Source: Lentisphaerota bacterium
Lineage (GTDB): Bacteria; Verrucomicrobiota; Kiritimatiellia; CAIQIC01; Lenti-01
DNA: 64,000 nucleotides
Assembly: GCA_012514035.1 (NCBI GenBank)
Contig: JAAZBB010000039.1
Coordinates: 2,137 to 66,136 of the forward strand
Reading direction: 5' to 3'
This document shows positions 57,972 through 64,000 of this stretch, piece by piece. Positions within the stretch are counted from its first letter, which is position 1; every line of letters begins with the position of its first letter. The notes beneath the pieces were generated by a model. It did not search any database. It saw only the letters and a list, made by a program, of their open reading frames with translations, and was not told where the DNA came from. Position numbers and translations under genes: made by a program.

Positions 57972-58570
57972 ACGTCCCACAGTTCGTCGCGCGCCGATTG
58001 GGGATCGGGGCCGTAGGCGAAGATGCCGTCTTCATGGCCGGCCATGACCAGGACCGCGACGGAGGAGAGGGCGGCGGCGAGCCGGCCGATGGCGCGGGCC
58101 ATCGCGGGGGTTCCGAACGCGGCGTCGGCAGGGGTTTGAGGCGCGCCTTCCCGCAGCAGGAGCCGGAACATGAGCGGATCGTGGACGTGGATCACGGCGT
58201 TCGTGTCGGGCCGCGCGGCATAGATGGCGCCGTGGCTCATGGATTCCGACGAGGCCGGCAGCGGCCCGCGGCAAACGACGGCGTTTTTCGCGACGTCGAT
58301 CGAGACGACTTCGCAGAAGTGGGCGGCTTCAATCGGGAATTTCAGGCCGGTGCCGCTGCCGGTGACGATGAACCGGTTCGTGCCGGCGATGCGCGCGCTG
58401 ACGTTGCCGTAGCCAATGCCATCGGGCAGGACGCCGATCAGCTCCCACTCGTGGAGATCGTCGCGGATGCGCATGAGGTCGTGCAGGCGGGGATGCGCAG
58501 GCGGCGGCGCCACCTCGTGCGCGAAGGAAAACTTGATGTAGCCTTCGTCCCTATGGATGGAGGTCGGCAT
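57947..58570 (-). CDS. Class II aldolase/adducin-family protein, probably methylthioribulose-1-phosphate dehydratase (MtnB) given the adjacent mtnA.
   Basis: Class-II aldolase metal-binding His pattern (HVHD). It is coupled to mtnA on the minus strand. Confidence 0.6.
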   Translation of the reverse strand: MPTSIHRDEGYIKFSFAHEVAPPPAHPRLHDLMRIRDDLHEWELIGVLPDGIGYGNVSARIAGTNRFIVTGSGTGLKFPIEAAHFCEVVSIDVAKNAVVCRGPLPASSESMSHGAIYAARPDTNAVIHVHDPLMFRLLLREGAPQTPADAAFGTPAMARAIGRLAAALSSVAVLVMAGHEDGIFAYGPDPQSARDELWDVYCRARRE

Positions 58571-59636
58571 AGAGGGCGCGCAGTCCTTCGGGCGTGGCGG
58601 GGGCCAGGCCTCGCTCGGTGAGGATGCCCGTAACGAGGCGGGCGGGGGTGACGTCGAAACCGTAGTTCGCGGCGGGGGTGCCTTCGGGACAGATGCGCAC
58701 CGTTGCCACTTTTCCAGCGGCGTCGTTCCAGCCCGTCACGGTACGTACTTCCTCGGCGCCGCGCTCCTCGATCACGATTTCGCGCACGCCGTCCTCGATG
58801 GACCAATCGATGGTGGAGGAGGGCAGGACCGCATAGAAAGGCACACCGTTGTCGCGCGCGGCGAGGGCCTTGAGATAGGTGCCGATCTTGTTGGCGACAT
58901 CGCCCGCGGCAGTGCAGCGGTCGCAGCCGACGAACACGATGTCCACGAGCCCGTGCTGCATCAGATGGCCGCCGGCGTTGTCGGGGATCAGCGTATGCGG
59001 TACCCTGTGGTGGCCCAGTTCCCACGCGGTGAGCGCGGCGCCCTGGTTGCGCGGGCGGGTTTCGTCCACCCAGACATGGACGGGGATCCCGGCGTCAAAA
59101 GCGGCATATACGGGGGCGAGGGCGGTGCCATAGTCCACAAACGCCAGCCAGCCGGCGTTGCAATGAGTCAGGACGTTGACGGGCTGGCCGGACTTGCGCA
59201 CGGCGATTTCGCGAATCAATTCGAGTCCGTGCTGGCCCATGCGTCGGCTGAAATCGGCATCCTCGTCGGTGATGGCCTGGGCCTCGCGCCGGGCGGTTTC
59301 CACGCGGTTGGCCGGGGTGCAGGTGGCTAGCGCCTTTTGCATTCGTTCGAGGGCCCATTCAAGGTTTTTGGCGGTAGGGCGGGTGGCCTGGATCCTGGCC
59401 GCGGCGGCAGGCAGATCGGTGTCCTCGACGGCAGCCAGATACATTCCCCAGGCAGCAGCGCACCCGATCAAGCCGGCCCCGCGCAGGTTCATATTCCGGA
59501 TGGCGGCGGCCATCTCGTCCGGTGTGCGCAGGTCCAGAAGCGCGAATTCGTGCGGCAGCCGGGCCTGGTCGATGATCCGCACGCAGCCGGGGCTGTCCAG
59601 CCAGATCGTCCGGTAATGCTTCCCATCCACGTTCAT
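58551..59636 (-). CDS. mtnA: S-methyl-5-thioribose-1-phosphate isomerase (MtnA, eIF2B-like family).
   Basis: NVDGKHYRTIWL...RIIDQARLPHE N-terminus and eIF2B-family blocks. Confidence 0.8.
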   Translation of the reverse strand: MNVDGKHYRTIWLDSPGCVRIIDQARLPHEFALLDLRTPDEMAAAIRNMNLRGAGLIGCAAAWGMYLAAVEDTDLPAAAARIQATRPTAKNLEWALERMQKALATCTPANRVETARREAQAITDEDADFSRRMGQHGLELIREIAVRKSGQPVNVLTHCNAGWLAFVDYGTALAPVYAAFDAGIPVHVWVDETRPRNQGAALTAWELGHHRVPHTLIPDNAGGHLMQHGLVDIVFVGCDRCTAAGDVANKIGTYLKALAARDNGVPFYAVLPSSTIDWSIEDGVREIVIEERGAEEVRTVTGWNDAAGKVATVRICPEGTPAANYGFDVTPARLVTGILTERGLAPATPEGLRALYADLHP

Positions 59637-59747
59637 GGGCCAGTTTTTCGCCGAAATCGGGGCTTGGGTCAAGCCGGGGCGGAATCGGCGTTGAAAGGCC
59701 GGGGGCGGGGGCGTAGAGTGGGCGGCAGTTTTTCACACGGTGCAAAC

Positions 59748-59830
59748 ATTTTTCCATTGTGTGGAAAAACGGCGAAAACTTTTTCCATTGTGTGGAAAAA
59801 AAGGCCGATTTTTTCCACAGTGTGGAAAAC
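59748..59830. repeat. Array B. Three palindromic units: TTTTTCCATTGTGTGGAAAAA (x2) and TTTTCCACAGTGTGGAAAA, spaced 31 and 30 bp apart. It is the reverse complement of array A, and the spacers are conserved as well.
   Basis: Direct reading. It lies in the divergent intergenic region between mtnA (minus strand) and ddl (plus strand). Confidence 0.75.
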
Positions 59831-59947
59831 CGGGATTTCGAGACCCCCACGGCCTTGCGCCGGGGGTGAATGCGATTGGTTGCCAGCCGGGCGCCGGCAA
59901 CCGACCTGATTCACCTGCCACGCAAGGTGGCAGGAGCCTTTCAGACA

Positions 59948-60844
59948 ATGAACTTGAGCAAAAAGCGATTTCAGAAGGTGGCGGTGCTGATGGGGGGGCC
60001 GTCGTCGGAGCGGGAGGTGTCGCTGCGGTCGGGGGCGGCGGTGGCTAATGGCCTGCGAGAGCGGGGCTACGTGGTATTTGAAGTCATCGTGGGCACGGAC
60101 TGCTGCTTCGAGGTGCCAGCGGGGACGGAGGTGGCGTTCGTGGCGCTGCACGGTCGGTTCGGGGAGGACGGCACGATCCAGACGCTGCTGCACCAGCAGG
60201 GCATTCCCCACACGGGCTCGAGTCCGGAGGCCTGCGCGCGGTCGTTCGACAAGTCGCGCAGCAAGCCGGTGCTGGCGGCGGCGGGGATTCCGACGCCGGG
60301 ATTCGAGTTCCTGCGGAAAGGCCAGGCGCGCACGCTGGCCTTGCCGGTGGTGGTGAAGCCGGTGCGGCAGGGATCGAGCGTGGGCGTGTCGCGGGTGTTC
60401 GCCGAGGAGGAGTGGCCGGCGGCGCTGGAACTGGCGCTGGGCTATGACGACATCGCACTGGTGGAGGAGTTTGTTCCGGGGCGCGAACTGACGGTGGGGG
60501 TGGTGGGCGGGATGGTGCTACCGCTGCTCGAAATTGTGGCGCCCGACGGATTTTTCGACTACCGCGCGAAATACACCGACGGAGTGTCGCGGCATGTGTA
60601 TCCGAATGACATTCCGCCGGAGACGGTCCGGGCGTGCCAGGCGGCGGCGCGGGCGACGTTTCAGGCGCTGGGATGCGCCGGCATGGCCCGGGTGGATATC
60701 CGCCTGCGGCCGGATGGAAAGTTCTTCGTCCTGGAATTGAACAACATTCCGGGCATGACGCCAATCAGCCTCCTGCCGGACGCGGCGCGGGCGCACGGGT
60801 GGAGTTTTTCGGAGCTTTGCGAAATCATTTTGAATCTGGTATGA
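59948..60844 (+). CDS. ddl: D-alanine-D-alanine ligase.
   Basis: ATP-grasp blocks (VAVLMGGPSSEREVSLRSG; ELTVGV; LELNNIPGMT). Confidence 0.9.
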   Translation: MNLSKKRFQKVAVLMGGPSSEREVSLRSGAAVANGLRERGYVVFEVIVGTDCCFEVPAGTEVAFVALHGRFGEDGTIQTLLHQQGIPHTGSSPEACARSFDKSRSKPVLAAAGIPTPGFEFLRKGQARTLALPVVVKPVRQGSSVGVSRVFAEEEWPAALELALGYDDIALVEEFVPGRELTVGVVGGMVLPLLEIVAPDGFFDYRAKYTDGVSRHVYPNDIPPETVRACQAAARATFQALGCAGMARVDIRLRPDGKFFVLELNNIPGMTPISLLPDAARAHGWSFSELCEIILNLV

Positions 60845-60868
60845 TGCCGCGAAAAATCAGGAGAAACA

Positions 60869-61480
60869 ATGAACGTACTGAGAGTTCTGGCGAATCCGAA
60901 ACCGGTCGAGAAGTCAGCCAGCCTGAAGATTGAGCAGGCGTTCATGGAAGCCTTGCGGGCCCGGCATCCGGATGCGCAGGTCGAGACGATCGACCTTTAC
61001 CGGGACGAAGTGCCGCTGATTGACGAGAAGGTGCTGCCGGCGCATTTCGGCGCACCGCCGGCCGACGAGGAAACCGCGCGCAAAATGGCCCGGCGCGGAG
61101 CGATCCTACAGCAATTCATGGGGGCCGACCTGGTGGTGATCGCGACGCCGATGTGGAATTTCAACGCGCCGCCGATGCTGAAGGCCTGGATCGACACCGT
61201 GCTGGTGGCGGGCAAGACGTTCCGCTACACGGCGGCCGGGCCCGAAGGCCTGGCCAAGGGCAAGAAGGTGGTGTTGTGCATCGCCAGCGGCGGCGTTTAC
61301 GAAGGCGCCACGGCGGCGCTGGATACCTTGACGCCCATGCTAAAAACGCAACTGGGTTTCATCGGAATCACTGATGTGGCGGAATTGCGCGCACCGGGTC
61401 AGGGCTCGGGCGGGGACAAGGCCAAGGCCAGCACCGCCGCCGCCGTGGCCCAGGCCCGGACGGCCGCGGCCGCCTTTTGA
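60869..61480 (+). CDS. azoR: FMN-dependent NADH-azoreductase/quinone reductase (flavodoxin-like fold).
   Basis: N-terminal MNVLRVLANPKPVEKSASLKIEQAF...DLYRDEVPLIDEKVL pattern of the AzoR family. Confidence 0.7.
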   Translation: MNVLRVLANPKPVEKSASLKIEQAFMEALRARHPDAQVETIDLYRDEVPLIDEKVLPAHFGAPPADEETARKMARRGAILQQFMGADLVVIATPMWNFNAPPMLKAWIDTVLVAGKTFRYTAAGPEGLAKGKKVVLCIASGGVYEGATAALDTLTPMLKTQLGFIGITDVAELRAPGQGSGGDKAKASTAAAVAQARTAAAAF

Positions 61481-61583
61481 AATCGGGCGGGGCTTGGTTC
61501 TCCGCGCCACGCCTGCTGGCCGTCGCGCGGCTGGCGGGAAATAATGTTTTGCACGGGGGGCGGCTGTGGCATAGTGCGCCCCG

Positions 61584-62480
61584 GTGCTTTTTCACACCGG
61601 GAAAGGGCGATACGTGGCATCTTCTGGACCAAAACGGCGCGGCAACCACCGGCGGGATGCCCGGCTGGCGGCGGCCATGCCGGCCGCGGCCCGTCGGCGC
61701 GCGGCGGGACGCCGCCTGGCCGGAGTGCTGATGCTGTTGGTCGGAATCCCTGCGCTGGCGGCCGGCGCCTACTGGGGGGGGCGCAAGGCCTGGCGCGCGA
61801 TGTTTTCCGAAAACGACTTTTTTCTGATCCGACGGATCGAAGTGACCACCGACGGCAGTCTGGGGGCGGATCACATCCGGGAATACGCCCGGGTGCGGGA
61901 AGGGATGAATCTTTTTGGCATCCGCCCCGGTGAGGCCCGCGCGATGCTGCTGTCGGTGCCGGTCATTGCTCAGGCGCAGGTGGGCCGGCGTCTGCCGGAT
62001 ACGGTGGTGATCGAAGTGGCCGAGCGAACGGCGGTGGCCCGGCTGGGCCGTCCGGGATCGGGCACGCCGCTGGCCGTGGATAATACGGGGCATGTGCTGG
62101 GGCCCAGCTCGGTGCGGGCCAGCCTCCCGGTCATTCTCGGCGTCCGCGACAAAGGACTGCGTCCGGGCGACGTGGTTCAGGATCCCTTGCTGCCGACCGC
62201 GCTGTCGGTGCTGGAAATTTGTAATCATGCGACGATTCGCGAGGAACTCGGAGTGGAAACGATCGATGTCGGTCCGGCGGATTATATGGAAGTGGGCTTG
62301 ACGACCGGCGAGAGGGTGTTACTGTCGCACGACCAGGTGCGGGAGAAGCTGGACCGGTTGCACGCGATGCGCCGCGAGGCGCGCAAGCGGGGCCTGAACC
62401 TGGCGGTATACGACATGACGGTGGACCGCAACTTCGTGGGCCGACCGGCCGCCGGGGCGGGCCCGGCGGAGGGAAATTGA
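61584..62480 (+). CDS. ftsQ: Cell division protein FtsQ (POTRA-containing).
   Basis: Basic cytoplasmic tail, a transmembrane helix, then a POTRA block (FFLIRRIEVTTDG...VVIEVAERTAVARL). Confidence 0.75.
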   Translation: MLFHTGKGRYVASSGPKRRGNHRRDARLAAAMPAAARRRAAGRRLAGVLMLLVGIPALAAGAYWGGRKAWRAMFSENDFFLIRRIEVTTDGSLGADHIREYARVREGMNLFGIRPGEARAMLLSVPVIAQAQVGRRLPDTVVIEVAERTAVARLGRPGSGTPLAVDNTGHVLGPSSVRASLPVILGVRDKGLRPGDVVQDPLLPTALSVLEICNHATIREELGVETIDVGPADYMEVGLTTGERVLLSHDQVREKLDRLHAMRREARKRGLNLAVYDMTVDRNFVGRPAAGAGPAEGN

Positions 62481-62499
62481 CGCGCATGGCGGGTCGCGG

Positions 62500-63732
62500 A
62501 TGTCGGGAACCCTGCAGGCAAAGAAGGACAGGATGATGAATATGGAGCCAATCGTGGCGCTGGAAATCGGCACCAGCCGGGTGCGCGTGTTCGTGGGGGA
62601 GGCGCGGGAAGATGGGGGCCTGATGATCACCGCCGTGGGCGACAGCGCCAGCAGCGGCATGCGCAAGGGGGAGATGTTTCATTTCGACAGCGTCTGTTCC
62701 TGTGTGGAGACGGCCCTGCACCAGGCGGAGGAGGCGGCCAACCTCACCATCAACGAAGTCTATCTGGCCATGTCCGGATCGCAGATCGAGGGCATGCCGA
62801 ACCGCGGGGAGATTCCGGTGGACGGGGAAATCACGCCGGACCATGTCGAGCATGTGTTGCGCGTGGCCCGGGAGGTGACGCTGCCGGCGGACCGCCAGAT
62901 TCTCCACAGCATCGTGGGACAGTATTCCGTGGACGGGCTGGCCGGGGTGCGGCCCGTGGGCATGACCGGCAAGACGCTGGCCGCCGATGTGCTGATCGTG
63001 CACGGGCTCTATTCCCGCATGCTCAACCTGGTGCGAGTGGCCAAAAGCCAGAAACTGGAGGTGGCCGAACTGCTCTTCAGCGGTTTGTGCTCCGCGATGT
63101 CCGCGCTATCGGCGGAACAGAAACTGCAGGGTGTCCTGCTGATCGATGTGGGCGGGGGTACGACGGATTACGTGGCCTATGCCCAGGCGCGGATTGCGGA
63201 CGCCGGCGTCATCAGCGTGGGCGGCGATCACGTGACCAATGACATTGCCCGGGCCTTTCGGCTGCCCACCACCGAGGCCGAGGCGTTGAAAATCCAGTTT
63301 GGCGATGCCATGGTCAGCGCGGCCGGTCGCACGCGGCGGCTGGCCCTACCCGCCGGCGCGGGCGAGACGCCCCGCACCGCAAAGTTGTCGGACCTGCAGA
63401 CCATCGTGCATTTGCGTATGGAGGAGACCCTGGGCCTGATCCGGGCGCGGCTGCAGCAGCAGAAGCTGTTGCATCTGCTGGGCAGCGGCGTGGTGCTGAC
63501 CGGCGGGGGAGCCTACCTGCGGAACGTCGCCCCGCTGGCCGAAAAAGTGTTTGGCTTGCCCTGTGAGATTGGGGCGCCCCGCAACGTGAGCGGACTGACG
63601 GCGAACCTGGCCGTGCCCGAATATGCCACGGGTGTAGGTGCGGTGCTGTGCGGATACAAGAGTGTGCGAACGCGAGCGGAGCAGACCCGTAGCGTCTGGC
63701 AGAAGCTCGGACATTGGTTTGGCATCGGGTGA
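62500..63732 (+). CDS. ftsA: Cell division protein FtsA. The true start may lie at the MMNMEP Met codons near 62536-62542.
   Basis: Actin-like ATPase motifs (ALEIGTSRVRVFVG; DVGGGTTD). Confidence 0.85.
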   Translation: MSGTLQAKKDRMMNMEPIVALEIGTSRVRVFVGEAREDGGLMITAVGDSASSGMRKGEMFHFDSVCSCVETALHQAEEAANLTINEVYLAMSGSQIEGMPNRGEIPVDGEITPDHVEHVLRVAREVTLPADRQILHSIVGQYSVDGLAGVRPVGMTGKTLAADVLIVHGLYSRMLNLVRVAKSQKLEVAELLFSGLCSAMSALSAEQKLQGVLLIDVGGGTTDYVAYAQARIADAGVISVGGDHVTNDIARAFRLPTTEAEALKIQFGDAMVSAAGRTRRLALPAGAGETPRTAKLSDLQTIVHLRMEETLGLIRARLQQQKLLHLLGSGVVLTGGGAYLRNVAPLAEKVFGLPCEIGAPRNVSGLTANLAVPEYATGVGAVLCGYKSVRTRAEQTRSVWQKLGHWFGIG

Positions 63733-63744
63733 GCGAAGGAGCGG

Positions 63745-64000
63745 ATGATGGCGTCAACCTGGGACAATCCATCGGATGAGGGCGGAGACCTGCGCTGCCG
63801 CGTGCTGGTCGCGGCGGTCGGAGGGGGGGGCGGCAGCGTACTGGGCCATGCACTGGCGGACTGGCCCGAACCGCCGCCCGTGGCAGCGGTCAACACGGAT
63901 GCCCGGGCCCTCGCGGGGACGGGCATCGCTTTGAAAGTCATGATTGGTCGCACGGTGGCCAAGGGCATGGGTACGGGCGGCGATGCGGAACTGGGCCGGT
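63745..64000 (+). CDS. ftsZ: Cell division protein FtsZ, 3'-partial at the window edge.
   Basis: N-terminal tubulin-like region (VAAVGGGGG...NTDA...GMGTGGDAELG). Confidence 0.8.
   Translation, partial: MMASTWDNPSDEGGDLRCRVLVAAVGGGGGSVLGHALADWPEPPPVAAVNTDARALAGTGIALKVMIGRTVAKGMGTGGDAELGR

Overview
Summary: 64-kb window from a high-GC (about 65%) bacterial chromosome. Gene content is consistent with a Verrucomicrobia/PVC-like organism: ftsZ is present, EF-Tu has an unusual loop, and predicted lipoproteins are very abundant. This assignment is inference only. Both ends sit in ordinary core genes (a 5'-partial glgX at the start and a 3'-partial ftsZ at the end), and a long + strand run (20.2-34.9 kb) lies upstream of the core block; notable minus-strand genes are the multidomain protein at 11-14.3 kb and the EEP nuclease at 35.2-36.3 kb.

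- **0-19 kb:** housekeeping and metabolic genes. These are glgX, an FAD-linked oxidase, a TGS-nucleoside-kinase fusion, der, a MATE exporter, a GT2 glycosyltransferase, a 1100-aa secreted thioredoxin-TPR-Kelch multidomain protein on the minus strand, glgB, a C-terminal processing protease and tsaD.
- **20-23.7 kb:** small exported and membrane proteins. These include a LolA-like protein, two tandem paralogous about 97-aa 'GCCFGIRSG' peptides, and two paralogous N-domain proteins, one of which is fused to a YidD domain.
- **23.9-34.9 kb:** a 13-gene, co-directional, translationally coupled operon. Every gene encodes an exported protein: two beta-barrel OMPs, about nine lipoproteins (including a YcfL-like/LpoB-like pair in E. 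coli gene order and CsgG/LpoB-fold lipoproteins) and two 'EPPxWWxNP' LPP20-like paralogs. This is the best candidate in the window for an undescribed envelope system.
- **35.2-36.8 kb:** a minus-strand EEP nuclease (35249..36319) and a small plus-strand secreted protein (36486..36821).
- **37-50 kb:** a classical block, tRNA-Thr, tuf, rpmG, tRNA-Trp, secE, nusG, rplK, rplA, rplJ, rplL, rpoB, rpoC.
- **50-64 kb:** ppdK with a clean terminator, then a rearranged division/cell-wall cluster. The order is a LysM lipoprotein, two coiled-coil membrane proteins, ogt, murG, murC, then mtnB and mtnA on the opposite strand, then ddl, azoR, ftsQ, ftsA and ftsZ.

The most striking non-coding signal is a pair of about 95-bp arrays of palindromic DnaA-box-like units (TTTTCCACA-N-TGTGGAAAA). 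The array at 22.6 kb and the one at 59.8 kb are reverse complements of each other, and they bracket a 37-kb segment that contains the tuf-rpoBC core block. Smaller structures are also present: a 7-bp tandem repeat, an inverted-repeat region upstream of der, a tandem-repeat protein, and an AT-rich palindromic island inside a 750-bp non-coding gap.
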